A stretch of DNA of 54,967 bases, counting the filler, from Bipalium vagum (lineage: Eukaryota), in assembly GCA_037834085.1 (NCBI GenBank). It is 3 parts of 3 records of this genome, joined end to end, with 100 filler letters (N's around TTAATTAATTAA, not from the genome) between each part and the next. Parts side by side here need not be neighbours in the genome. Positions count along the whole stretch, not along the records: positions 1 to 20,552 come from JBBMKC010250367.1; positions 20,653 to 36,279 come from JBBMKC010154951.1; 1 more part is not named here. One strand, 5' to 3'. Below the pieces are notes generated by a model. The model was not told where the DNA came from. It ran no database searches and was given only the letters and a program-made list of their open reading frames with translations. Made by a program: the position numbers and the translations under genes. Below are positions 12,401 through 24,300 of the stretch, in pieces (the stretch's first letter is position 1; each line of letters opens with the position of its first letter).

Positions 12401-14400
12401 TTACATTAAAACCACATCCATTCTTAAGACCTTAAAGAGGGTTTAACATTTTATTCAACTTCTAAAACTATTATGATAATCGGTTAACGTTTAAGGCTAA
12501 AATTATCTCTTTAGGCATCCTATAAATCCCACAAAAAAATCGATGGAATAAACCTTTGCCCTGGACCTTTACGAAATGAAGAATGGTACTTGTGTATGAT
12601 TGCGATGTACAACTGACATACCTGAAATTATTTATATCGATTTTACCAGTGCAACTTGAAGTATTGAAAATTCAACTGATTTTCGGATCTTTGTTTATTT
12701 AATTTGAATGTTAAAGTGCAAAAATATAAGTACGTCAATAACACATTTGAAAATCCAATCGAAAGGGTCACTGTGATTTTGATAATTCCAAACGAACGTT
12801 CACGTTTTTCAATTGCAAAACAAAAAATACCTGGGCATTGACAGAGATTTTTCGTTTTGGATGAAACAATCAAAGAGCGTAATAAAATCACAAAACTCGC
12901 GAAATAAATTAATAAATATTACAGAAAAAAATCGAAAGACAGTGAGAAGAAAATGATAATCGATATTTTTTGTTTTTAAATAATTGAAAATCGCTCATTA
13001 ATGAATGATTTTGTTTTTATTAATTCTTAATATAATAATCCCTAGGGAGACAATCATAAAATCGTCAAGACTTTTAATTGCGAAAATTGTCCAGGCATTG
13101 GGAAATTTGGATTTTTTGAGAAAACACTCAAAAACGAAATTAATTCACAAAAAGTTGTATATAAATAAACTATACAAAAATAACTGGAAACAGGAAAATT
13201 ATTACAGATAATTTATTGTTTAAAATTAAAGAAAATCGATTATTGACGAATTATTTTTGTTTGTCTATGATTGTCTATGAAAATTCACTACATTAAAAGG
13301 TAAAATTGTTTTCACGTTCCTATCAATACAAGTGATAATGATAGCACAATATTTGTTTTATAAAAAATACGTGACACTGACAAATATAAAATGAAAACGG
13401 CATCCATATTTGTTTGACTGCTCACTGAACCGAGAACATAAAATATCTCAACTGGCCTCATAATTTTTGTGTTCCATTCTCTCTCTGTTCCACGTTGGTG
13501 TTACTAAAAATAGTAACAACGAAAACGAACTTTTAAAATAAATCAATTCTTAAGAAAACTAAACATTATTTTGCAAAAAACATAAATTTTCGTTTTAAAA
13601 AAATAATATTTTAATAAAATTATCAAAAAATAATCACTGGATAAATATAAATTTCGTTAGGTGAAAAGATTAGTAATAAATAATTTGTACTTCTGTCATT
13701 TTATTATTATTCAAACTTGACTGGATGCTAATAATAAAATTTCATTCGTTACTATTTTTAGAAAATGTATATCAGGTGATATGGATTTTTTAAAATAAAA
13801 AATTATAGACAACAAAAATAAACATTTACTTTCTTGTGACCTTTCGACGTCGCTACCAGATGCAGACATGCTGCTGTTAAAGATGGCATATATTTCGGTT
13901 TTACCTTAATTTTTTCGTATTGAATTTTTTTCCGTTTAAAAATTAAAAAAATAGATATACTTTAACTTTTGAAATAAATTTATCGATCAAAGACACAGCC
14001 TCGCAAATTATTCTAATTGGAAGTCCAAAGTATACTTTGTTTAGGTCACACAGTTTTTCAATTTCTCTATCTCTTATCATATCGTTAACTTTATCTTCAA
14101 TCACCGGATCTACGGTAAAAATAAAAGATGCATCTATATAGGATCTGTTTTCTTGAAAGAACAAATCCAATAATACATTATTAGATTTCTGAAATATAAA
14201 AATAAATAAAATAATGAGAAAATATTGCTTACAATATCTTCGGTAAAAATATTTTGTATTTCAATATTCTTGAAAGCGGAATTATTGTTCTTGGAAAATT
14301 GAACAATTGAAGGTTTCTTTGATTTTTTTAATCCTATCTTATTATTTGAAATTTCATTTGTATTACTAATTAATCTTAAAACATTCCTAGTATTAAACAT
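4976..14400 (-). CDS. CCNG: Cyclin G, 5 coding exons, ~331 aa
   Basis: Exons 14400-14233, 14188-13961, 13904-13830, 10507-10184, 5176-4976, all GT-AG and phase 0, 996 nt in total. Cyclin box AVSLIDKFISKVK|VKPKYMPSLTAACLHL and DLERMEQIVIKKL. The C-terminal LLWIISRKSL...LPLLETISEE matches the cyclin G LVWIVSRRTA...LPTIPE motif. Confidence 0.9.
5871..5941. mobile_element. Tiny pogo/Tigger-type MITE (inverted-repeat hairpin)
   Basis: Left CATCAAACCTGCTTATAACGTCA resembles the reverse complement of the right end, CAGTCAATCCTATTTATAACGTCA, which ends in TA. It is similar to the TIR at 21756. Confidence 0.6.
8004..8079 (-). ncRNA. Candidate bantam-family miRNA hairpin (or bantam-complementary site on the + strand) in cyclin G intron 4
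   Basis: Minus 8031-8009 TGAGATCATTCATAAAACTGAAT matches Drosophila bantam at 18/23 with an intact seed. It forms the 3' arm of an imperfect ~64-nt hairpin whose central pairing is weak. Confidence 0.35.
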
Positions 14401-14749
14401 TATAAAATTAAAATATTATCTAGAAATATGTTTGAAGAATTTCACGTACTAATAACCTTCAATGGTTAATTTAAACACAAGTGTTTCATTATAATTTTAA
14501 AATTACCTAAATCTTTACGGATCTGATAAAAGTTTAATAAGATGTAATAATAATAAAAATAAATTTTTTTATAAATAATAAATGTTTTTCTTAAGTCCAC
14601 AATTAAAGATAGATGTGCTAAATTAATGATTCTTTTCTTCTAGGATGCGGCCATTATAAATATAGTAATAACATGTATCTTGGGGAAAATACAAAAAATA
14701 ATAAAAGAAATATATTATTTTCATATCCAAAGACTGGATTAGTCTGCAG

Positions 14750-15830
14750 TCTGTGAAAGTAACTATAAAGTGCGAGTAAAAATTCAGTTCTCCCCCTATA
14801 AAAAATGCAACTTTAATTGAAAAGAATATTTAAAACAACGAAATTTATTAAATACACGTCTTAATATTTAATAGGATATCCATTTGATTTTTTGATCAAT
14901 TCTAATTTTGGGCATCGAAAACAAAATTTTCTGGGAAAAATTAAGAGAAAAGTTTGATTATTTGCTTTTGACCTCATTCCATAATTCTTGAGCAGAATTG
15001 TGTTTCACTGATCTTAGTTGCTGTTTAAGGATATCCAATATTTTTCTGTGGGATTCAAATCAGAAGAATTCTGCTTTTTTAGTCTTTTCGAAAGACTAAC
15101 CATTTTTCAATTGTCTATGTCATGAAGTATCTCGTTTTGATATTTCTTGGCATTCATATTTCCATTGATTCTTCTCATAAATCTAACTACGTTACTGTTG
15201 AAGCAGTCCCAGACATGTATGGATGGACCATGTCCCATAGCAGATTAATAAAAGGTAGGGTTGCACTTTTCCAATGCGGTTCTTCAAATCAATAATTTAT
15301 TTAATGACGAATATGACTGAAAGAAACACTAGTCACTGAATACCACATCTTCCCATTTATCTACATCCCAAAAATTTAAGGCCTTGACCCTGGAAAATCT
15401 TTTGAGATGTTGATGCATTTTCAAATACCGCTTCTTAACTGCTGCATAACTTCAGAAACCGTACCTGTTCAGAATTGACGATACTGACAGATACATTTTG
15501 AACAGATTTTGTACTGTACATATGGGTAATATTATGAACAGCTGATTAGCGATTGTATTTGCAAATGCACTTATAGCTCGTAAAGCTTGGAGTGAAGCAA
15601 TAGTTGGTCTGCCATTTCTCATCTTATCTCGTACGGATCCTGTTTTCAGATATTTATTTATTTCACATATTGCATGCCGCTTTTTGTCACTGTCTTGCTG
15701 TACTTTTAGAATAATTCACGAGCTATTTCTGTCCAAGATTTTTCATTATTTGAAATATACGGAATAATATAATGTAACAATTACACTTCTTTAAGATTCT
15801 GTTAAATTTCTAGTTATTATATTCCTCTAA
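14750..15830 (-). mobile_element. Degenerate Tc1-like transposon
   Basis: Broken minus frames: KSWTEIAREL, KTGSVRDKMRNGRP, FWDVDKWEDVVFSD (first catalytic D). Many stops and frameshifts. Confidence 0.75.
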
Positions 15831-16055
15831 AACCACGTAATTACATATTATTTTACATATATCATTTAAAAATATGACATGCTCCGACCACTAAGCTACA
15901 TGACACGAATAATTTTTTTAAAATTTTTTAAGCTGAATACCCCTAACAGTCCCTAGTCTCTTATTTTAATTTCCTTTCCTTTCCTTTTTACTTACGAGAC
16001 TTCGTCCGTTGGTTGGTGTCCTGGTGTGGTCACCATGTTAGTTAGAAATTATTCA

Positions 16056-16126
16056 GAAATATCGGGATTCGAACCCAGGATCCTTCACATGCGCATGGAC
16101 TGCTCTGACCGTTAAGCTACATGGGC
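16056..16126 (-). mobile_element. tRNA-derived SINE head / tRNA pseudogene
   Basis: GCCCATGTAGCTTAACGGTCAGAGC...CCTGGGTTCGAATCCCG carries Pol III A and B boxes at tRNA spacing, but the acceptor stem does not pair. A second A-box-only copy lies at ~15879-15906. Confidence 0.7.
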
Positions 16127-17628
16127 TGACGTTGCACCCGGCTTAAGATCCAGTGGCGAAGGGTTTTCTAGATTGATAAAATAAAATTTTTTAATATATT
16201 TTTCTTTTTGATGTTATTGTTTTTACATTATTGTGTGTATAAAGAAATGTGCCGACGTTTCTGGGAACTTTATTAAAAAAAATAATTACCTTTAAATATT
16301 CATTATTATTAACAAAGAAATTGTTTTGTGATCGTTTTTTTTCTCCCATAGAAACAATACTTATATGACACACAAAGTACTTGCAAAACTAAAAATATAA
16401 GAATCAATAACATAAATAAATAAAAGGATTTATATATATAATGCCTCCAACCTAAATTATTATTATTTTTATCATAATCCAAAATAAAAAACTTAGAATC
16501 TCAAAATAATTTAATCATAGAACTAGCTCAAAAACAAAATATCAAATTAGATAATATCGATAATGTTAAACTAATTCCAAATTAATTCCTAATCGTAATG
16601 TTTCTCTTTCAAACTATAAACTTCATTCTTATTTTTTTTTAATTAAAGGAAAACTAATATATATATATATATTTTTATTATTATTTTTATATTAGACCAT
16701 TTTATAAAATAAGTTATAGTTCTAATACAATTTGTATTGGAGCTGTTTTATGATTTAGTTGGTCAACAAATTAGTAACCCAAATAAATATTTTTATAAAA
16801 ATATTCATGAATTAAATTATTTTTAATTTACCTAATTCTAATAATGGAGGGGAGAAGGGGAATATATTTTAAAAATTTTCAAATTTTAATCATTTTTAAA
16901 ATTGATTAACACTGGGACTTAATAAAAATATTCACTGTACAGTACAATTTAATTATTGTAATTTTTGTAACTATCTTTTCCTTTACCAGAATTTGAAACT
17001 GGAAGAAATAAATGCTAAGTATGTTAATTATTTTTAGTTGTGGTATTTATTATGCACCAGCTGTTTTAAATGAAAAAATGATTGTACTGGGGAAAATTAT
17101 ATTTTTTGAAAGTGAGTTTTATTTTTGTAAATTAAAAATAAAATTTATAATTCCTCTCTTTAAAATCATTTGAAAGTTCATTTTTTAGTTCCCTTTTTTT
17201 ATTTTTTAAATTTTCAAATTGTTTATTTTTAAAATATTCTCTTTACATTCATTAATAATTATTTTGGATAATTTAATTTTTCTAATTGATTAATAATAGA
17301 ATAAGAAGATATCTCCGTTTCAAAATTTTGTAAAATAGGATAAAATTTTTCTTCATATAATTCTTCCATTTTTTAATTTTTAAATATATTTTTAAAAATA
17401 ATCTACATTATACGGTATACAAGAAAGGCGGAATTAACCGGGACAGCCATAATTTTTGTAACACCTTATTACATTTACAAATACAGTGAACATTATTTAC
17501 AAACAACAAGCAGATAAATGTATAATATTTTTGATAATGTTATTATATTGACTTTTAACAATCATTTAAACTTTGATTTAACGGGGCAAACTATCTGTAA
17601 ATTTTTTTACAAAAATCTTCAATTTCAG

Positions 17629-17754
17629 GATCTGTCCTCCAAGCCTTGAAGAAAGAAGTTATTAATTGATTTTTTATTGTGGGATTGAGATTGTAGACCT
17701 TTTTCTTTAAAATGGACCACAGATTCCAGATGTCAACCGATGATGCAGCCAAAG
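17629..17754 (+). other. Probable upstream/first exon of the SLC6 gene
   Basis: Acceptor TTTCAG ends at 17628 and donor AAG|GTAAAA at 17754. ATG 17740 (MMQPK) is phase-compatible with exon 21327. ATG 17712 would need the alternative acceptor at 21345. The link crosses an assembly gap. Confidence 0.45.
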
Positions 17755-18379
17755 GTAAAAGAGTTTTTATTTTTAATTTTAATTTATTTTTTAAATTTTA
17801 TTTTTATTAAGACATGCCATTGTAATTTTTGCAATATGACAGGGTGAGCTATCTTGTTGATTGATCTATTGCACATCACTATACCACTCTCTAGCTTGGT
17901 CAATTAACTAACGGTTTATTATATATACCACGACATGCAAGATCAAAACATAACTTTCAAAGAAGTCAACGACATTTGGACCCATGATCTATGGGATTAG
18001 TGAGACCTATAATGAATTGTTTTACTTTTTTATTTGTACTAACAATTAACATTAATCTTATTAATTATTTTGAACTTTTGCTGATTTGAATATTATTGAT
18101 TATTCGATTTGATTATTTAGTTTTTTTCAGTATTACTGACTATTTAAAAAATTTCACTTTTTGATATTGCGTGATTACTTTTGTATTTATGATTGAAAGA
18201 ATAAAGTTTATTTATGGTTGTTTGATTCATTTATTTGCGAACACGTTATTGACCAAAGTGAAGTGGTCAATAAAGTTTACAAGCTCTGTGTTACGACAGG
18301 GTTTTCATAGTAATTTAATAGCTTAAAAACTATTTAATTTCAAAAAATATTATTATAAAATCTTAAAAGTAATATAAAA

Positions 18380-18895
18380 AATAATCAATTAGGTTCACAC
18401 TTTTATGAGTTTAAACTGAGATACAAAGGAGCGAGAGCACGTCATAACATCAATTTTGCACTTCGTGAAAGAACAACTAAATAACGTTTGTTTAAAAAGT
18501 TTCAGGATTGCCAGAAGACACTCGATGATAAAGAGGTTGTGGAAGAAAGACTTAAATTGGTAATGACCAACTAAAGCATTGGTAGAGGCAAACCAAGTAC
18601 CATAGTTAGAGAACCTCAAAACACTTCAGTTTTACAATTGGAACAATTTTGAATTGTCTGGAAAAACTGGTAAGTAAAAAAAAGTTAAACAAAAACCAGA
18701 AAATTTCCCATATTAGCACAATAATGATTTTTTTCCGACAGAATTGTGATCACTGATGACAAGTGGATACTGTATCATCATCTACAGCGGTCATCCCAAT
18801 GGTTGAACTATGATCTAGCAAAAATTTGCAAAGTCGAATTTACACAAAAAAAACGGGTCGTGACTGTTTGGTGGTGTGCATCCGGTCTAATTAAC
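18380..18895 (+). mobile_element. Degenerate mariner transposase fragment
   Basis: FYEFKL...HNINFA, DQLK..VEAN, DRIVITDDKWILY, VTVWWCASGLI. Confidence 0.85.
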
Positions 18896-20149
18896 CTACT
18901 TGATTTTCTATAAATTTCATTTCTTTTGTTTCGAAATGTTGACGTAAAAATTTATTTTTACTAAAATCTGAATTTTTCTGCATCTCTTGGTTATAACTTT
19001 TCCAAAATTGATTTCTGAAAAACTTTTATAATTTCACAATTTCTATTTCCAAAGTTTATTAAATTAATTATTATAAAAATTTTGGATCTCATTCTATATA
19101 TATTTGCAGCATGTTGTTTTTGTTATAAATGATTAATTTAATCTCAAAGAATATTAGTTTATTGCTTTACTTTTGTAACTATATAGTACATTATTTAAAT
19201 TTAACGAAATTTAAAGCACTGCATTAATTAAAAAATCACTTTAAGTCTGAATTCTAAAAAAGTTGTATAATATATGAAATATTAAAGTCATAAATATTAA
19301 AATAACCTTGAAAAATACCTCCAGTCAGGTTCAACAAACATTTCTATAAATACATCTAAAATGTTTTAGTAAAACCATTTATAGTAAAAACAAGATTTTA
19401 TATAATAGATAAATTTTATATTATGATTGGGATATGATCAAGCCACACAATAATTTACAAAGCCGTAGTTACACAAAAAGAAGCTGGCAGTGACTTTTAT
19501 TTTCTCGTTTAAAAAATGACCTGCTCATCACCCAATGTGTATAATTTGACCTACAATATTGCAATAGGTAAAAAATTATACCATTTTTTGTTATTATAGA
19601 TGCAAGTTGGGATTTAGAATACATTAATTTTAATAATACATTATACAATAGTAATACAATACAATTCTGAATTAAGAGAATCTTTATCAATCAAATTGAA
19701 TATATTCTCTTGCTAAGCTCTTTTATTGAAATATTTTTGTGTTGTACTCTTTCCCGTTTTATCATTGTGAAGTTGTCGAAGGTTTTTGAGTGAACATTAA
19801 ATAAAACGCAAACTTATAGGTTTTCGTCCTTAATATCATGATAGTGACATCTCACAAAGGGTTTCAATGACTTATTTTCTTTTTCAGAGTATCTAAATTT
19901 TTTAATTGTTGTTTTTTCAACTTTTTAAAGTAAAAATTGACATTGACCTATTTTTTATGCCATTTATATTGCAGTATCATGTCTTTTTTCCTTTTTCTTT
20001 ACCTACGACTATACTTTCTTCAGTTCTTGCAATTTTTGGTTAACTGGTTAAGTAGTATAACTGGTTTGAAAACAAATAATTAATAGAAAAGTCATTAAGT
20101 AGCTGTCCTTAACCACATGATAATTTGTCTCTTTATGTTTTGTGCAAGA

Positions 20150-20480
20150 CAAATATAGATGAAAAAATCTATTGCTTGGAAGAAGTTATGTTAGTGACTT
20201 TGTCGTAACTAAAAATATTTCTTGGCGTTGCCAATTTTCGAAGATTATTTTGTTTTCTTATATTAAAAGAACATTTCTAGCGATTGGACTTTTGAAGCAC
20301 CACTTCCACGCAGTGTGTAAAATTTTGAGCTTGAACATTCCTGCTGGTAGCTTAATCGACTATCTTAATATAATAATCTATCAAGTTTGAGGTTGAACAT
20401 ACATGTGGTCAGAGGCTTAGGTGAAAAGTGAATTGTTATCTTGCCTCACTTCTTTGAATGACTGTCTATTACTATTGTTG
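20150..20480 (-). mobile_element. Possible LINE (RTE-like) reverse-transcriptase fragments
   Basis: KEVRQDNNSLFT*ASDHM and QQECSS../NFTHCVEVVLQK resemble the GVRQGxxLSPxLFxxxLE motif. Very degenerate. Confidence 0.35.
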
Positions 20481-20552
20481 GCGCAAACCTGCCCCCTAGC
20501 GTATCTGACCTTAACTAAGGTTGCTATGGGCTTAACTATCGAGCTCGCACCC

Positions 20553-20652
20553 NNNNNNNNNNNNNNNNNNNNNNNNNNNNNNNNNNNNNNNNNNNNTTAA
20601 TTAATTAANNNNNNNNNNNNNNNNNNNNNNNNNNNNNNNNNNNNNNNNNNNN
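20553..20652. other. Assembly gap with artificial TTAATTAATTAA linker
   Basis: 44 N + TTAATTAATTAA (20597-20608) + 44 N. Confidence 0.97.
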
Positions 20653-21238
20653 TCTTCCGAATGTCAAGCATGGAATCCAGGTACATGTTTGGGGTATTAT
20701 TTCTATTAATGGGGTTGGTCCACTAAGGCGTGTAAGCAGCATCTTAAACTCCGAGAAATATAAAAATGAAATTATCCATGACATTAGCATCGTGGCTCCT
20801 GTTCTTATTTTTCCAAAAAGAAATTCACCAGTACACACTTCGAAATCGACAAGACAATTCTTGCATCGTAATAACATCCCCGTGTGTATTTGGCCTGGAA
20901 ATTCTCCTGATGCCAATATTATAGAAAATGTATGGAGCTAAATGTCTTGGGAATTGAAAAATGTTCACAATGCTAATGGGTATTGGAAGGAAATCCAAGA
21001 TGTTTGGTACAATATTTCAACGGATTATATACATGGATTATATGAATCATTACCTGATAGAATGACTGCTATTGTCAAAGCCAGAGGTGTGGCAACAAGA
21101 TTTTAGTGCTTTGAGTGATTTAGGATATGTAATAAATTTACCTGATTAATAATATATGTATATGTGTATTTAATCTTTTGAAAATGAAAATTCTTAATAA
21201 AATAAATGGGGGTGAACAGACTTAATTAAAGGAGTGTA
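20653..21238 (+). mobile_element. Tc1-like (DD34E) transposon, 3' half with right TIR
   Basis: PNVKHG.QVHVWGIISINGVGPL...WPGNSPDANIIENVW...LYESLPDRMTAIVKARGVATRF*. It ends GGGGTGAACAGACTTAATTAAAGGAGTG|TA. Confidence 0.92.
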
Positions 21239-21326
21239 TATATAATATTTTATCATACTTTATTTTTATTATATATTATACTTTTATTTTTATGTATATT
21301 ATTTTAATTATATTTTTCATGTTTAG

Positions 21327-24300
21327 ATCGAAACTGTAAATATAGATAACTGTAATTTGGAACCAGAGGAAAATAATGAGAGAGGAAATTGGATTGGGAA
21401 ATGTGATTTTATTCTTAGTAGTCTTGGATACGCTGTTGGATTGGGAAATGTTTGGCGATTTCCATATATGTGCTATCGAAATGGTGGAGGAGCTTTTTTG
21501 ATTCCATATCTATTGTTTCTTTTTCTCATCGGAATTCCAATTTTTTTAGTAGACGTTGGATTGGGACAGTTTACGAGTAATGGACCTTTCACATGTTGGC
21601 AATATGCTCCTATATTTACAGGTATTTTATTGGGAAATTTTTATTTTTAAAGTTTAAAATACTTAATAATTAAAATTATCTTCGATATATGTAATAACAT
21701 ATATAATAAATAACTAGTTGATTCGAAAATTAATGTTAAAATTTATTTTTTATGCAGTCAACCCTCGTTATAAATGAATTTTCTTTAATAAAAACTTTTG
21801 ACCGTTGATATATTATAGGAATTTTAAGAATCCCCAGTTATAAAGAAAACCCGTTATATAGGTGTTATTTTAGTCGTTAAAAGGTACCTTTTTATTTTTT
21901 CAGGTTAATAATTCTAAATTTATTGAGTTTTTAGGAAAATAATTTGATTTTTTCAAATCAATATTCAAATAAACTTAAAATAAAAATAATAAAAGTTGCT
22001 TAAATACTATTTTAAAGATTAAAAAATTCAAATGGTAGCATAATCTCAAAATACAAAAAACAGAATTTATTTAATTATAAAAAAAAGATTTATATGAATA
22101 TATTCTAAAGCACCAAAACATTTCATTTAATGATACTAGCCATCATTTTTCGATATTGTATAAAATATCAGTTAATTATAAAATGATTCTGTCAATTTCA
22201 AAGATGCATTCTTTGATCCACACAAATCAAAGTTATTTGTATAAACGATGCGCAAGAAGATTTTGAAAAATGCATGGATATCTCGATTTGTCAATTGGCT
22301 GTGAAAAATATCAATATATTAGATGTACAAATAAATAATCCAATTTTTATAACTATCTTCATAATTTATGTTATTAAAACTGATACAAATATATCAATCA
22401 AAGTAATGGCCATTGTTATGGATAACTTTAAGCCATCTTGCAGGCAGCTGATTAATTTCATCTTAAAAAGATTCTGGCTGTTTGAAATCCAAAAATTCCT
22501 CAAGCCATTTTCGTATAGCATCCGCTAATTTAAAGTATGTATTACACAAGCCATGCTGCATTGACCTAAATAAATGATAATCAGTTGAAGCAATGTCTGG
22601 TGAATGCGCTCCATGTTCCAAATTTTCCCAACCAAGCTTCATTATGGTGTCCTTTGTCTTTAAAGGTATATGTGGCCTAGGATTGTCATTCAACAATATC
22701 ACATGTCGTTTTCCTTTCCCACTAAATGGGTGTTTTAACTCCAAATGTTGACTCAACCGAATTAATTGGTCTTTGTGGCCATTGGCAGTAACTGGTTCAC
22801 CGACTTTCGACAGCTCATAGTATATCACGGCCTTAATATCCCAACAAATGGAAAGCATTATTTTTTTCCGAAACGATTTGACTTTGTGACCGATGTTGAT
22901 GGTTCTAAATTGTTGTAATTATACAGATTTTACCAGTCAAAATTCTACATTGCCAGAGAATGAAAATTCTGTTTACAATGTCTTATAGATCAAATAAATA
23001 TTGAAAATCACATGACGGCATCTGAATACATCACCATAGAGGAAAACATATCTGTGTGACAAGAACTACAAATGGAGGATATTGTTGTTATGATAACCAC
23101 TCCTAATAATATAGATAGAAGTTCTTCCGATGATACTACATGTATTTCCGAAATAATATCATCCTATCCAACTACTAAAGAAGTACTCAACTCTCTTCAA
23201 ATTATCAAACTATTTATTTGTTTGCCTAGAAAATTTTTTAATGAAAAGACTTGATCTTTTTATAGATTTAGAAGACAGTATTATGTTACATTCTCAGCCA
23301 AAGGTCAAGCAAATTATTGTACTGCATTTCTTTATATTAAATTTTTAATGTTGTTGATTTGCCTTTATAATTTGATTTTAAAAACTTAGATTTCTTAATT
23401 TGTCAATTTGTTTTTGTGCTAGTTTGAATAGTACCCAATCAGTACTCAGCACTCCCGATATAAGAAAACCCAGTTATAAGGGTGATTTTTCAAGTCGACC
23501 GATGCCTCGTTTGTTTATTTATTATGAGTTATTTATTTTTATACTTAATATTCAAGATAGATGGGGAATATTTTGAATGTTGTATAAACATTGTTATTTT
23601 ATAAAATTAATCGCTCCGTGGCGGGAGAGCGTTTGAAAAAAGACAATAGTTTACAATATTGCTAAAAGACTTAAAGAAGATGATAAAGATAATCTAAATA
23701 CGAAAAAAGAAAAAAATCAAATGTGATAACTTAAATGGAATCAAAATTTCATAGCCAATTTAAGATAGAAAATTGAGGATGATGGATCAAAAAATATATT
23801 AATAATAATAGCTGGCAAAAGAAATGAACTTGACAAAGTCAACAGTTTTGCTATACCAATAAGGTAGGATATATTTTACAGATGTTATATCCTCCAACGA
23901 AGACATCTCTTGACAGAAACGAAAAGGTCAAGCCCTAAACTTAAGGCACATGGGTTTAAGTTATGATTTGTTGCAGGATAATGATGGATTCAAGCAATAA
24001 ACCATGGTACATCCAATGGAAATCACATTTTATAGATTTTCATAATTCTGTATATCAATTTTTATTTAACTACATTTACTAGATTTTTTTGTGTTGTACA
24101 AAAATCTCATGATTATCACATGATCACACCAGAATCTGGCAACCAATTCTTTAGATAATTTTCTCTAGACTCTTCAATCATTTTTTTTCAAAAATTACAT
24201 ATTTCGTAGTCATGGTCATGGTTACAAAATATCGAAAATTTTGAATTTTTAAAATTATTTCTAAAAATTATTTTTACAGAAAATATACCCAGAATTTCCC

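Noticed and set aside
14400-15900. p53 response elements upstream of cyclin G
   Set aside because: Only isolated CATG half-sites, mostly inside the Tc1 remnant. No paired RRRCWWGYYY consensus.
16056-16126. Functional tRNA gene
   Set aside because: The acceptor stem cannot pair and the anticodon arm is irregular.
20597-20608. TTAATTAATTAA palindrome inside N runs (also 36324-36335)
   Set aside because: Identical 44N-12-44N layout in both places. It is an assembly linker with stops in all frames, not biology.
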